Shown here: piece after piece, positions 1 through 13,408 of the stretch | How positions within the stretch are numbered: position 1 is the first letter of the stretch | How the letters are laid out: each line of letters begins with the position of its first letter | From: Octopus vulgaris | Taxonomy: Eukaryota | DNA length: 64,000 nucleotides | Assembly: GCA_951406725.2 (NCBI GenBank) | Contig: OX597832.1 | Span: forward strand, 24,924,001 to 24,988,000 | Reading direction: 5' to 3' | Program-made: the position numbers and the translations under genes | Notes under the pieces: generated by a model | Databases searched by the model: none | Told to the model about the DNA's origin: nothing | The model's input: only the letters and a program-made list of their open reading frames with translations

Positions 1-295
1 GTATAGGTTTCAGTCGCTGGATGGATTCGGAAGAAACTTTTAAGAATGTTTGGCCTCATGGCAGGCACAAACTGATTAGATTTTGGGGTCGATCCACTAC
101 CGGACAGGGATTCTGGATTATTTTACCTGTTTTTGTACTTAACTTTTGAGAGCGGTCGTGTTTTTAGTATTCTCGTTTGTGAGAACAGTCTAGTTTATTT
201 CAGATAGTCTCATTTTAAAATTCATCTCTGGCTAATAGTTGAAAGGACGTTGGTATTGCCTTGGCGGCGGTCTGAGCTCCCTGAGTGCTCTTGTT
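1..295 (+). mobile_element. Helentron-associated (HINE/DINE-like) non-autonomous element, 3' part
   Basis: Shares 'aaactt..ag.atgtttggcctcatg..ggcacaaact..ttagattttggg.tcgatcc..taccggaca.ggattctggattatttt' with 26690-26790. Ends in CCTTGGCGGCGG followed by a short 3' hairpin (gagctc..gagtgctc) and TT. Confidence 0.55.
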
Positions 296-679
296 AAAAA
301 TGTAATTTATAGGCTTTATATCATTAATGCTGTAAGTAATAGCATCGGTGCTTACAAGTTTCCAAAGAGCCACCATTTTCTTATTTGCATTTACGATTGG
401 AAGAATGAGAAGGGAGTGTCTGTACAGCTTAGGTGGAAGAAATATCAGAAGGTGATTTTGTTGGAAAGAACTTGTTTATCGATTTTCTCACCAACAACGA
501 TATTTTTTCGCAGATGTATAAATATAGACGTACTGAAATTTTCAATTATTTTACTTAATGTGAAATAGCGATCCTTTATGCGGCTTAAATGCCGCGTACC
601 ATAGTTTTGTTGTTTTTCTTAGAACCACAGGACAGACTTCTTTGATGAAGAGAAATGAATCTACACGAGTAACAAATTT

Positions 680-1125
680 TGGCACAGGTCCAGTAATTTA
701 TTGAAGTGGTAACTCTATTTCATCGACCCCAGTGCTCAACTGGTACTTGTTTCATCGACCCCCGACAGGATGTAAGGCAAAGTTCACCCCGGTGACATCT
801 GAACTTAGAATTCAAAGTCGGAAGAAATACCTTTTTCTTTATTATCCACAAGGGGCTAAACATAGAGGGGACAAACAAGGACAGACATAGGTATTAATTC
901 GATTACATCGACCCCAGTGCATAACTGGTACTTAATTTATCGACCCCGAAAGGATGAAAGGCAAAGTCGACCTCGGCGGAATTTGAACTCACAACGTGAC
1001 GACAGACGAAATACGGCTCCGCATTTCGCCCGGCGTGCTAACGTTTCTGCCAGCTCGCCGCCAGTCGGAAGAAATACCGTTAAACATTTCGTCCGTCACA
1101 TTGACCATTATTCCAGCTGGCCGTC
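680..1125 (-). mobile_element. Old diverged SINE-A copy (680-831 plus 1063-1125), split by insertion of a younger copy
   Basis: A degenerate body and tail lie at 680-831 and a degenerate tRNA-like head at 1079-1125. The direct repeat AGTCGGAAGAAATACC occurs at 816-831 and 1063-1078. Confidence 0.75.
832..1062 (-). mobile_element. SINE-A, full-length tRNA-derived SINE with MetaSINE/MESC-like central domain
   Basis: Minus strand shows a GGCGGCGAGCTGGCAGAAACGTTAGC A-box region, a GAGTTCAAATTCC B box, the central GCCTTTCATCCTTTCGGGGTCGATAAATTAAGTACC, and a tail AGCCCCTTGTGG..AAAGAAA. It is flanked by a 16-bp TSD. Confidence 0.9.
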
Positions 1126-1129
1126 AAAG

Positions 1130-1560
1130 ATAAACGAAGCCATATTATTTCAGTTAAGTTACCCATGCTTCCACGAAGGCTTCAAACAACGTTTCCTCTG
1201 TTATCACTGGAAGAGTTCTCTGGCTCGAGCTCGATAGGTTCCCATCAGAAACGATTGGAATGATATTTTCCGGATGGATATTGAGGCGTGACCAAATGAA
1301 CGCGAACCACCAAAAGATAGAACGATGGCTGCAAAGTATTCTAACCGACATTCGTACAAATCTGTCAATCGCTTTGCATAATTAGTGTACTCACCCACCT
1401 GTTTAAGTATTTTAAATCATATTTATGTACACCGCAGCCCTCATGGGTGTGAAGTTGTTTGTTATCGATCGTAACATATTCCAGTGTAGATTGTTTGTCT
1501 GGTATATCTTGGAGAAAATTCTTCAGGTTATTTGAGAGAAATCTTAAAGAATATCGCACT
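1130..1560 (-). pseudogene. Highly decayed RTE-like LINE reverse-transcriptase fragment
   Basis: Minus-strand peptide 'IFWWFAFIWSRLNIHPENII...LFEAFVEAW' loosely resembles the RTE C-terminal 'AFGRL..VW....I...TK...LEAF' region. It has many stops. Confidence 0.3.
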
Positions 1561-2104
1561 ATATTTCATACTTCAGGGTAGTTTATTACACTTAGATTTA
1601 ATTTAGAATCTCAGCCAAGTCGACGCTGTCTATTTTATTTTATTATTATTATTTTTTCTTGCCTACGGTGTCAATGAAATACTTAACTTTCTAAGTGGAT
1701 TGTCTGCAAGAGATATGTAGAGTTTACTATCTCAGCGGCAATGCAACAGATTCGTTCATATACTCTTCCAGCATCATACGAAAGCAGAAGCTTCTTAAAT
1801 AATTCTGTCTCCCTACCTAATTAACAGAGTTCTATAGCTAGAGAGAATGATATTGCCTCGAGCTGTCGCTCAAACTCAGAAAGTTGTCTGCAATAAATCT
1901 CCGCAATCATACTCTGATATTAAAAACTAATTCATAACGAATAACGTTTAAGAAGTTATAAAATGTTTGACAAAACGGAGAACTGGTATTGATTTGTTAA
2001 GAGAAGTTTTTGATTAGTGACTACTTGTAACCAAACGATGCTAGCGACACAACATGCGGTGAAGAGGCTCACTTTTGTCTCTTTAATATACTTTTGTTTG
2101 GCGA

Positions 2105-2305
2105 GAAGGTGATCTGGCATAATCGTTAGCAAGCCGGGCAAAGCGATAACCGGCATTTCGTCCGTCTTACGCACCTGAGTTGAAATTCCACCAAGGTCAA
2201 TTTCACCTTTTATTCTTTCGATAAAATAGGTACCAGTGGAATACTGGGTTCGATGCAATCGAATTACTGCCTTCCTCGAAGTTGGTGGCCTCTTAATAAA
2301 ATCTG
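2105..2305 (+). mobile_element. Degenerate SINE-A-related copy
   Basis: Reads 'ctggcataatcgttagcaagccgggc...gagttgaaattcc...gataaaataggtaccagt'. Confidence 0.7.
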
Positions 2306-2485
2306 CAATCAATTGGATTTTTGTTTAGTATATCTGTAAATTGAACTCATGCCTCTGTTCAGAAAAAGTATACAAAACACCAACTATTGTCTATGTCGTT
2401 TTTCTTAAGTCAGAAGTCCTTCATATGAATCTTACATAGATCTTTTTTCACATATACATCATATGTATCTTACATAAATTTTCTT

Positions 2486-2609
<124 letters not shown>

Positions 2610-2700
2610 GGGCAAATCGGTTGCGAACGGCGAATTCAAGAACAGCCTCAACAAAACACTGATGTTCGGTGAAAGTTTTAAATGAAATATTAAAAGTAAA

Positions 2701-2737
2701 AATATGATGTTTCAAGCATGGCTCTTCGTCGGATAGT
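2701..2737 (-). ncRNA. Minimal hammerhead-ribozyme-like motif (variant core, decayed)
   Basis: Minus strand: ACUAU-CCGACGA-A-GAGC(cau)GCUU-GAAA-CA-UC-AUAUU. Stem I pairs 4/5 and stem II has 4 bp including a G.U. Confidence 0.5.
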
Positions 2738-2866
2738 CAAAGAAATTCCAGAGAAATCGTAAAGGTGGCAGAAGCGGATAATCCCGTAGAGAAGCACGTG
2801 GATTTCTACAAATAACTGTTTGCATATTCTCAAATACTTGTTTTCTTTATCTCTGGTTCCTTAGAC

Positions 2867-3067
2867 CAGTGATTTTCAAACTTTTTGCAGGAGCGGAACC
2901 CCAGGGAAACATTCCACTGGCTCGAGGAACCCCTGTGCAATAATTTAATAGTCTTATGCACACATATCTCCACAGGAGAATTAAGAATTACTGCCGCTTT
3001 TACCAGTTTTATAACTTCTTGCGGAACCCCTGGACTGTACTGGCGGAACCCTGGTTGAAAACCACTG
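2867..3067. mobile_element. hAT (Charlie/Buster-type) MITE
   Basis: TIRs are CAGTGATTTTCAA and TTGAAAACCACTG. A perfect 8-bp TSD CCTTAGAC lies at 2859-2866 and 3068-3075. Confidence 0.9.
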
Positions 3068-3421
3068 CCTTAGACAAACGATTCCTAGTCTCATTGGACC
3101 GATGCTTTGTTAATCTCATTTTCCCGGCTAAATCTTCTCACCGGAGATTTGCTTTGATTCTTCTAGTTGCAGTCGCATACAAAGAAATACGTCCCCATTC
3201 TAAATTGTGTCTTTTCAAACGGGAATCCGAGAACTTACTTCGTATTGTTCACTCTGCTTCTTGTATGGAATCCTTAATAAATATTTAGAAACCTCGTAGT
3301 TTAGCTTCTCGGAGTCCTACAACAATAGGAATAGCTATTATAATCTCTACATAATTGCCGATATAAATGTGGGTTGATTGTTCTGATTTCTCTAAGCGCG
3401 CTTTACATGGTTTAGAGGTTG

Positions 3422-3423
<2 letters not shown>

Positions 3424-3493
<70 letters not shown>
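3424..3493. repeat. (GA)n microsatellite
   Basis: Directly visible. Confidence 0.95.
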
Positions 3494-3496
<3 letters not shown>

Positions 3497-5379
3497 GAAA
3501 GTAACAGATGAGTGCAGATACTAGGAATAGCAGAAGGGAGAGGTTAGTGTGTAAATGATTACTTATAAGAAGATTTATGCAAACGAGAAATTTGCTTAAT
3601 TTAATTTTATTTCCATTAAATTTAATTATTCTTTAGAAAATTAATATTCATTTAATCATTGAAATTTGATAAAAGTTTAATTATATTTCTTGTATGTTTA
3701 AAAAATTCCCTGAGATTATCACTCCCTTGTGGCAAAAGTATATTTGAAGTGTTACTGTCACGCGATGGGTAACGCTTTAGTAATAGTATGATATTTTCAG
3801 ATACAAATACCCCAAATGGTTATGAATAGAAAGTATGGCTATCTTTAGACGTGTCAGTGATATAAACGAGGTTTTAACCATAATTCAAAATCGGTTCTCG
3901 AATACTATTATTTACACGTTTCACTATGCCTCGCTCATCAGCGAAGCATTTCTTAGACAAGGTAACATATAGAATACTTAAAAGCAAAAAGTACTGTCCA
4001 CTTCTAGCTACGCTGGTGCCTAGAAGTACTAATTTTGAAGCCTGTTACTACTTATTCTATCGGTTATTTGTTGACGAATCGCTAAGTTACAGCGACGTAA
4101 CCAAACCCACACCAAACGTCAAGTGGTGATAGGTACACGCACATACAGATATGCAGGGTTAACCATAATTTACCCAATTCATTTACAAGACAGCGTTTAG
4201 GTCGGAACCATTGTAGAAATCATTTGCCCATGCTTCAGCGCAGGAGGAGTGGATCCAAAACCACTGTGCTGGAAAGAGAAATTCTAAGCAAAAATAAAAA
4301 GAAATAAAAGAATTAGATTCAACAGCGAAACGAAACCGTATCACATATTTACGTCACGCTGATGACTTTTGAAATTCTACGACGCTTTCCCATAACACCT
4401 TTGATAATTTATTGAAAAAGTAATGAAATATTTAGTGAGTGGAAAGTAATATATCACGTAGTAAAGAATTGGAAAATACGAATATCAAATAAAGAAGAAT
4501 AAATACCTGTAGTGGTTTAATCGATAATAAGGTGTGTATTTCTTATGAAAATTTGATGACGGCTTCACAGCATGATTTCCCTTAGGCCACAGTAAACTAT
4601 TAGCTGTTGCGTTCGAAAAAATTCAACCACAACATCAGTGAAATAAAATAAAGATAAAATAAATAAATCAAACTAAGTAGAAAACTAAAATTTATATTAA
4701 AAAAAATAGCAAGAAATCGGTGAAAATCTCTAAAGAGTTTTTATTATATATTTCCCATTTCAAAAACGACCATTTTTAAAAACTTTTTTTCGTGAGAAAT
4801 AAATGATACCTATAAATTGATGTATTCTAAATTTCACCAATTTTATTAAAACCTTATTAAACACTACGATATCCCGATAACTTCATTAGAATTAATAACA
4901 AAAGCGAGAAGACTGTAGGTTTTTTTTATATTTATTTTCAATTCACGAAGGAAATATAATATAGAATATAAAATAATTATCATGGAAATGGATACGTCTC
5001 CTCAAAAATATGGTCGTGTTGCAGACACGATAATAATACAAAAATTGTGTTGATGCCATCCAGCTGCCGCTTAGCTTCTGAACGTTTATCATTAACCACT
5101 CAAATAAATAAGCATTTATACACCATAGACACAAAGCACGGAATTTTATTTATTTATATAATTATTTATTGGAGGCGTGGCTGTTCGTATCGGATTGGCC
5201 CAGTAGTCGATACGTACGTATTTCATCGAGCCCGAAAGAATTTAAGGCAAATTCTAAGTCAGTGGAATTTGAACTCTGGATGTCGCTAAGCATTTGACTC
5301 GGAGTTCTAACGATTCTGCCAAATCTCTAGACACAGGGCCTTGAAATTTTTTTTTTTGGGGGGGGATAATAGTTACACA

Positions 5380-5765
5380 TTTTGCACAAGGACAGTAATT
5401 CTGGGGGAGGGGGAAGTCGATTACATCGACCGCAGTGTGTAACTGGTACTTATTTCATCGACCACGAGAGGATAAAAGGCAAAGTCGATTCGACGGAATT
5501 TGAACTCAGAACTTAGCGGCAGAGGAAATACCTATTTCTTTATTACCCACAAGGGGCTAAACACAGAGAAGACAAACAAGGACAGACAAACAGATTAAGT
5601 CGATTATATCGACCCCAGGGCGTTACGGGTACTTAATTTATCGACCCCGAAAGGATGAAAGGCAAAGTCGATATCGACCGAATTTGAACTCAGAACGTAG
5701 CGGTAGACGAAATACTGCTAACCATTTCGCACGGCATGCTAACGTTTCTGCCAGCTCGCCACCTT
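5380..5765 (-). mobile_element. Composite SINE-A: young copy (5533-5765) joined to a copy with a different tail (5380-5532)
   Basis: Two Meta-like domains are present. The junction GAAATACC|TATTTCTTT is at ~5532. Confidence 0.85.
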
Positions 5766-5779
5766 CTCACGAAAATAAA

Positions 5780-5780
<1 letters not shown>

Positions 5781-5875
<95 letters not shown>

Positions 5876-5889
5876 CATCCATCCATCTA
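5781..5889. repeat. (ATCT)n microsatellite
   Basis: Directly visible. Confidence 0.95.
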
Positions 5890-6167
5890 ATCAGTTGCAT
5901 ATTTAACTATGCGGCCACCTGCTTCCTTAGTTTACACGTGTCCTCCTCAACGCGCCTAATCTACAGAATCTCTAACTATCATTTCCATTAACATATACAC
6001 AGATATGATTACCGAAAAGCTCTTAAGCACTTCTAGGAAATGATGTTAATTGTATTCCTCTAAGCCTAATCAACGTTTGAAATAATAAATTTGTGATTTC
6101 CTCAATTCGTTCCTGGTGAATGAATCATCGATGTAATTCAATGCACACTCAATCAGATCCCTGATGC

Positions 6168-6854
6168 TACCACAACCACCACCACCACCACCATCACCAC
6201 CACCACCACCACCACCGCCATCGCCGCCATCGCCGCCGCCGCCACCAACACCACCACGACTATAATACTAATAATAATAAGATCAATGATAATGGTATTA
6301 TTGATTTCAAATTTTGGACTCAAGGACAGCAATTTCGGGGAAGGTTGAAAGTCGTTTAAATCGACCCCAGGACTTAAACTGGTACTTTATTTATCGACCC
6401 CGAATGGATAAAAGTTAAAGTCGACCTCGGTGGAATTTGAACTCTGAAAGAGATGGACGAAATGACGCTCAGTATTTTGGCAACGATTCAACCAGTTCAC
6501 CGCCCTCAGTAGTATTAGTAATAGTAGTAATAGTAATATTCATGTTACTGCTGCGACTATTACCCCTCCTCCTTGTCCTCCTTACATCCTCCTCCTCGTT
6601 CTCGTTCCCGCCGCCGTCGACCTCGTTCTCGCTCTCGTCGTCCCCGTCGTCCTCCCCTCCTTCCTCCACCCCTCCTCCTCCTCCTCTTTCCCTCCACCTC
6701 CTCCTCTCCTCCGCCCTTCCACCTCTCATCCTCCTCTACTCCTCCTCCACCCCTCCACCCCTCCTCCCCTCCTCCCCCACTTCTCCTCTCTCCCTCCGCC
6801 TCCTCCTCCTTCTCTCCCTCCTCCTCTCCCTCCGCCTCCGCCTCCTCCTCCTCA

Positions 6855-6910
<56 letters not shown>

Positions 6911-6950
6911 ATAACACCACCACCACCACCAACAACAACAACAATAACAA
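6168..6950. repeat. Low-complexity trinucleotide block: (CCA)n/(CCG)n, degenerate SINE-A (6305-6506, minus), (CCT)n polypyrimidine tract, (CTA)n
   Basis: Directly visible. It explains the spurious S/P/L/Y-rich ORFs. Confidence 0.85.
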
Positions 6951-7429
6951 AAACTAGTGATAGTAAAAATAATGGCAATGATAACGCGAAGAAAATAATA
7001 TCAATATTGATTGTTTGATCTCGGTTTATTAAATGCGCCCAATCACGTCAGAGATGATAAAAGATCTCACAACCTCGGATGCGACTTCTGCCACACTTGC
7101 AGTATATTCCATCTATATTTAGATGCTCTCCAAAAGGAATACTAAACATCAGTAGCGATCCGGATTGTCCAAAGCTCTTCTGGGACGCTCCCATCAACGT
7201 ACGATGCAATAAAGCTTCACTATGGCTACTTATGCCTCTATTAAGCAAACGGGATTAATTGAATAATGTTGCTACACTGAAAGTAAACAGCTTCGTTGAT
7301 TTTCATATCCATTGTTCTGTGCCATTCCGAAATAACTATATTGCTTCGTATTTGAATATATTACATCGTGTTATATCTTATCAGGTTTCATTGCATTATA
7401 GTATATTATGATATGCGATTTTTTCCACA

Positions 7430-7625
7430 TGATATATCATATATCATATATATATATTATATTGTATTATATTATATCATATTATATTGTATTATATTAT
7501 ATATTGTATTATATTATATCATATATATATATTATATTGTATTATATTATATCATATTATATTGTATTATATTATATATTGTATTATATTATATCATATA
7601 TATATTATATTGTATTATATTATAA
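7430..7625. repeat. AT-rich compound minisatellite (TATAT-based, with internal higher-order duplication)
   Basis: Repeated 'tattgtattatattatatcata' blocks. Confidence 0.85.
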
Positions 7626-7734
7626 AATATTGTCAATTGTATTACATTAAAAGAAATTTATGTTTTTTGTTGCAATCAAGTTTTGATATCATTGTAATTT
7701 CAGGAACTACAAATGAAGTAAAATAGGGCCCACG

Positions 7735-8075
7735 AATTTAAAAGACGCTGTTGGTCTGAAAGCGTTAAGGGCAGAGGATAACAAGATGATGGTGGCGAGT
7801 TCTAGAGAGCAGCATTTCTAAGAAGGAATCTACAAGAGTAAAATAAAGCTTAACAGAGAAACGATGCATCTAGAAAAAAACCGGATGACACTTTTAAAGA
7901 TCTTGATTGAGAACACTCGGTCAGAATGATCATCAGAGCAATGGCCATAGAAATACGTATAGAAAATACACAACGAAGATAAACTTCGATGAGCCAAAGA
8001 TTCCAGTCCAGTAGAAAGAGGCGGCCCCAGCATGTTAACAACCGAATACTCTGTTCCATTACCCACGTTACGTTA
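7735..8075 (-). pseudogene. CR1/Jockey/L2-like LINE ORF2 C-terminal remnant
   Basis: 'LGPPLSTGLESLAHRSLSSLCIFYTYFYGHCSDD' and downstream 'RNAAL*NSPPSSCYP' match the typical 'L..L.HRR.VASL.LFYRYY.G.CS.EL' and 'RT..LWNSLP..FP' motifs. Confidence 0.65.
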
Positions 8076-8112
8076 CAACGCAGTACATTATAGCCTGCCT
8101 GTACGGTAGTAT

Positions 8113-8330
8113 ACTCTTTACTCTTTTTATACACTTTTACTTGTTTCAGTCATTTGACTTTGGCCATGCTGGAGCACCGCCTTTGGTCGAGTAAATCGAC
8201 CCCAGGACTTATTCTTTGTAAGCCTAGTCCTTATTCTATCAGTCTCTTTTGCCGAACCGCTAAGTTACGGGGACGTAAACACACCAGCATCGGTTGCCAA
8301 GTTATGTTGGGGGAACAAACACACACACAT

Positions 8331-8383
<53 letters not shown>

Positions 8384-8535
8384 CAACGGCTTCTTTCAGT
8401 TTCCGTCTACCAAATCCACTCACAAGGCTTTGGTCGGCCCGAGGCTATAGTAGACGGCACTTGCCCATGGTGCCACGCAGTGGGACTGAACCATGTGGTT
8501 GGTTAGCAAGCTACTTACCACACAGCCACTCCTAC
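8113..8535 (-). mobile_element. SINE-B, near full length (tRNA-like head, CORE-like segment, internal TA/TG microsatellite, 3' stem-loop and (TAAAAGAG)n-like tail)
   Basis: Minus strand: GGAGTGGCTGTGTGGTAAG..GGTTCAGTCCC..GGCACCATGGGCAAGTG...CAGCATGGCC..AGTCAAATGACTGAAACAAGTAAAAG. Many copies occur in the window. Confidence 0.9.
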
Positions 8536-9102
8536 CCCTTTATTTCTTAATTCTAAATCTTATTTTCGTTTCAGTTGTTAGACTGTCGCCATGCTGTAGT
8601 CCCGCCTTGAAGAATTTTAGACAAACGAATCGATCCCAGTACGGTTTTTTTTAAAGCCCGGTACATATTTTATCAGTTTCTATTGCTTAATAGCGAGTTC
8701 GCGGGAGTGTAAACACACCAACACCGGTTGCTAAGCGGTGAGGGAAGGAACATACACAGTGACACAGACAGACACACAAACACAGATTCCACCTACTAAA
8801 TACACTCTCGTTGCCTTGGTCGACCCGAGGCTGTCAGTGATTTTACAAGGAGAGGGCAATCGATTAAATCGGCCTCTGTTTTTGACTGGTACTAGTTTTA
8901 TCAAGGAAGAAAGGGAGAAGAGTATGTTCACATAGGTCGTATTTGAACTCAGAACGTAAAGAAAAAATATCATTTTGCCCGACACGTTAAAGATTTTGCC
9001 ATGATGCCGTATTAAGTCTTTAATAAAATCAAACTACAATACTTATACGATCAAGGCCTGAAATTTTGAGGAAGAGACTTAGCCGATTACATCAACCCCA
9101 GT

Positions 9103-9529
9103 CAGGGCCGTATTAAGACCCCTCGAGACCCTAAGCACTTAAAAGATTTTGGTGCCCCCATATAAGAATCTGTAATTTAAAAAATAAACAATAGCAAACC
9201 ATAAAATAATTTTTTATTTTTCAAAACGAAACAAAACAGTAAAAGGGAAAATAATGCTTATTTTTGTACACTTCCGCTTTATTAATATTTCAAAAGTTTC
9301 CTCCTACTTTTTGAATTCAAAAAATCTTTGATCAGATCCCCAAAATTAATCTTGGGTAAGACATCTGCATCTAGACTTAATAGAGATAAAGGCATCCCGA
9401 ATATTATTTTAGCAAGTTTAAAGTGATTTCTGTTTGTGCCATAAACCATTTACCATTTCTGTGGTGCCTCCTCCATTCCTTGATGTCCTGCGCAAGTGCT
9501 TATTTTGCCTAACGGTTAATCCACCCCTG
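9103..9529. mobile_element. Non-autonomous hAT element nested inside a degenerate SINE-A
   Basis: Imperfect TIRs CAGGGCCGTATTAA and TTAATCCACCCCTG. ACCCCAGT is duplicated at 9095-9102 and 9532-9539. The internal minus-strand peptide 'LSLLSLDADVLPKINFGDLIKDFLNSKSRRKL' resembles the hAT C-terminal dimerisation region. Confidence 0.8.
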
Positions 9530-10594
9530 ACACCCCAGTGCTTGACAAATACTTAATTCCTCGACTTCGGAAGGGTGAACGTTAAAGTCAATATCGGCGG
9601 AATTTGAGCTAAGAATTTAAAAAACCGGATCTCTGACTTTCCTGCCAGTTCGTCGCCTTAAATCTTTAATGAAAGAATGAAGAAATCAGTTTTGGGGACG
9701 TTTTTATCTTCTCCTTTGAAAATAAAGAAGTTGAAACAATTAACGAATTTATGATACAAGTTATTAAGTCTTACTTGATCTCGAATGACAACCATAATTG
9801 ATTTTGAGATTTTTGGTAGCAGCAGTCATCGTAGAAGCAGGAATATTGCAAACGTAACGAATTTTTGCAAAACTTTGAGATAATCTCATATATTTAGAAA
9901 TGTTCGCTTATTGGATTAATTCGTATATTGTAAAAGAATTAAATACTTCATTCGACGAACAGAGAGGGATTTTCGGTGCAAGCACGCTTTCGTTAAGAAA
10001 AAGTTCTACATACATTTAGCTTATTAACTCTTTCTAAGTTCTGTCTCTTTGCCTCTCTCTCCCCTCTCTCTCATTTTATGTATTTGTTCATGTAGATTGT
10101 TTGTATATATTAGTGTTTAAAAGTTATTTCAGCATGAACACGCACACATTACATATTATATATTAAATAACTATATCTCTCTATCTTTATTTATCTATCT
10201 ATCCATCTGTCTGTCCATCTATGATCAGTATGAAAGACGACACTATTTTAAGCGTAAATCTGTGACCAAAAGAGACAACGAGAGGTAAGGTGACTTACTC
10301 ATGTGTTCATTTTCGAACTGTCTGAGGTGACCTTGGTCTTTTTTGTAGGTTTTTCTTTCCAAGGCTACACCTAAACTGTGAACTTTATATATATATATAT
10401 ATTGCTTTTTTATACACCACACAACCCACAGATCCCTATTGATCAAACGTTTTTTTTTGTGCCCCACCCATCCCACCGTCTATCCATGTAATTATCTATC
10501 CATCTATCTGTCTATCTAACTATCTATCTATCTGTCTTCTGTCTACCTCTCTCTCTCTCTATCTATTTGTCTGTCTGTCAGCCTATCTATTTAT

Positions 10595-10630
<36 letters not shown>

Positions 10631-11467
10631 GCGTGTTTTTGTGTGACGAGTTGTGTGTATGTGTATGTATGTATATATGTATATATGTTCTTCATTCTTT
10701 TATTAAAGGTTTAAGGCGACGATCTTTGCAACTAAACTAGATGTACTTCGTTTGGGAAGTGTTACCAAATCGAAACTTATCTATAACGTTTAGACGTTGA
10801 CCAGAAAAACAACAACGAAAACCCTGCAGCGTCCATGCTATCTAAAAATTAACAAAACACCTTGACAACACATCTTTCACTTGAAAGAACCGTTCGGTTT
10901 CACATCATTTCTAGATTTCTTTTAACTGTTTGTTTTTTTCGCAAATTCTCCTTTTGGCTTCTGACGAGCACATTTAGCGTTGCATTCAGTCTTTTAATCC
11001 GTTTTTTCTCTTCCTTGAATTCTTTATCGCTTTCTTTTTTCTCGCGTATTCTCCATTTGATGAATAAAAACGTGCAGAACTGTTGTGTTACATATTTTTG
11101 GAGTTAAACAGGCAGGTACTCAATGAGTGTTTTTTTCTAATTAAACTTCAAAAGTATATCGATTGTTTATCTGAGGAAATTTAACTGTAGCGTTTAATGT
11201 ACATACATGCATCGAGAGAGACAGACAGACAGACAAGCATACATACATGGATACATACATGCATAAAAATATACATACATGCATACGTGCATATATAGAG
11301 ACAGGCAGAAGACATACATGCATGATAACATACATATATGCATACACCCATAGATACCTACATGCATACACGCATACAGGCATATAGGCATACATACACA
11401 CACAGAGACAGATAGACAGTCTTGTATACATGCATAAATACATGCATACATACACACATACATATGC

Positions 11468-11820
11468 AGTAATCACTTGCCATATCGCGGTTCACCTATC
11501 GCGGTTCACCTATCGCGGTTCACCTATCGCGGATTCTTCTGGCTAATATATGTAAATTTATATCGCGTACCCATCATTACATCGTGGGCTTCTACGACCG
11601 ATAGGTATTTATATGTTTCGGTTGTAATTATTTCTGTGGTAAAATAAGCATCTTCACGCCTAAAAATGAATAAATTAATTAACAAAAATACAGTACTGCA
11701 CTGCATAACACCATTAATTAAATTAATTAAAAGACAATACGTAGAGTACCGTAGATGAGTAAGTAAAGAATCGCACATGCTGTGTGGAAAACATAACTCG
11801 GGAGGCGAGTGAGGGGTGTT
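11468..11820 (+). mobile_element. Tigger/pogo-like MITE with internal 14-bp tandem repeat
   Basis: Starts CAGTAATCAC. TATCGCGGTTCACC is repeated ~3.5 times (11483-11532). The internal segment recurs at 12930-12995, and a related terminus lies at 13537. Confidence 0.55.
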
Positions 11821-11990
11821 GTTGTTTTGTATTTACAATAAAATAAATATATAAATATTATAAAAATGATAAAATAATAATAATAATAATAATAATTACA
11901 GAAAAGTGCTGTTTCTAAGAGACGAGGAATTATGTACATTATTTACATTCGACGGATATTTGTCCTCATCTTGTGGCTAATAAAGGAACA

Positions 11991-12278
<288 letters not shown>

Positions 12279-12856
12279 GCGCATTAGTATTCGCAAGAAG
12301 GTCTGTAGTTGCACAATGGAGATCTTGATAGCTCATGAAACGAATTTCGAGTGAATTTAGCAAGTTATAAACCGAATAACGTGCTTCTAAGACAAGGTAA
12401 AAGCTTCAGCATCCAGAAATGGTCTCCAGATTAAATCACCTGCTACAGCAGCAGAGACTGATGGGGATGTGTGTATATATATATGTGAACGTATATATAT
12501 AGACACGCACAAATTCACACACAAACAAACACACGTACACACGTGGAGAAACAGAGACGCATACGCATAAGTGCTACTGGCAAAGGTAACAAATTTTGAC
12601 ACCACATGGAAAAGATTGAAGAAAGAACTTAAAGTGAATTTAACAACTCTGTGTGTCATTAAATGGTAGAATGACACTTCTGTGGTGTTCTTAGAGGTTC
12701 TTAGAGAACGTCACCTGCTACACCACCACACCTACTAATATATATGTATGTAAGTATGCATGTATGTATGTATGTATGTATGTATGTATGTATGTATGTA
12801 CGTATTTATATATGTATCTATATAGGCATCTAACCACCTCACTCTGTTTATATATG

Positions 12857-13215
12857 TGGAGTGGCTTTGTGGTAAGTAGCTTGCTTATCAACGACATGGT
12901 TGCTGGTTCAGTCCCACTACGTTTTCTACTATATGTAAATTTATATCGCGGAATCCTCCGTACATCGTGGGTTTCTGCGACCGATAGGTAGTTATATTTT
13001 TGCGTTTTCTACTAGAGCCTCGGGCCGACCAAAAGCTTGTGACTGGATTTGGTAGACGAAAAGTGAGGGAAGCTCGTTGTATATGTGTGTGTATGTGTGT
13101 TTGTTTGTTTCCACCAGCATCGCTTGACAACCGATGTTGGTGTGTTTATCTCCCCTTAACATAGCTGCTCGATTGAATAAGACACCGATTGAATAAGTGC
13201 TAGGCTTACAGGCAA
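12857..13215 (+). mobile_element. SINE-B copy interrupted by a Tigger-like fragment (12930-12995)
   Basis: SINE-B head GGAGTGGCTTTGTGGTAAG, then foreign sequence matching 11548-11610, then SINE-B resumes. Confidence 0.75.
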
Positions 13216-13365
13216 ATTACTGAAGCAAGTAAATTATAAGAAAATAAGCGAACATATAACTCTAGGAAACAACGTTTCCAGTTGGCCGTGATACATTTTT
13301 CTGTGTCCTTATGTTTTCAAAGGGGGCGATAAGTACCTAAGCCCATCCACTCAGCAAAGCCAGCA

Positions 13366-13408
13366 TCCAGAGACTAGTTTCAGAGTCATTGTTCATCATC
13401 AGTCTGGA
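13366..13408 (-). ncRNA. Minimal type-I hammerhead ribozyme motif
   Basis: Minus strand: UCCAGA-CUGAUGA-UGAACAAUGACUCU-GAAA-CUAG-UC-UCUGGA. It has a 6-bp perfect stem I, a canonical core, palindromic helix III and a GUC site. Stem II is imperfect. Confidence 0.75.

Noticed and set aside
917-1237. Recurrent 'NWYLIYRPRKDERQSRPRRNLNSER' peptides (also 31642, 38124, 60423, 61470)
   Set aside because: They are antisense translations of SINE-A and vary with stops and frameshifts between copies.
3905-3948. Minus-strand CUGAUGA...GAAACGUGUA hammerhead-like core
   Set aside because: Stem I does not pair and stem II is only ~2 bp, so it is at best a very decayed relic.
4352-4385. CTGATGA-CTTTT-GAAA
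   Set aside because: It has no stem II and no palindromic helix III.
6437-7018. 193-aa Ser/Pro/Leu-rich ORF
   Set aside because: It begins in a SINE and runs through (CCT)n/(CTA)n low-complexity sequence.
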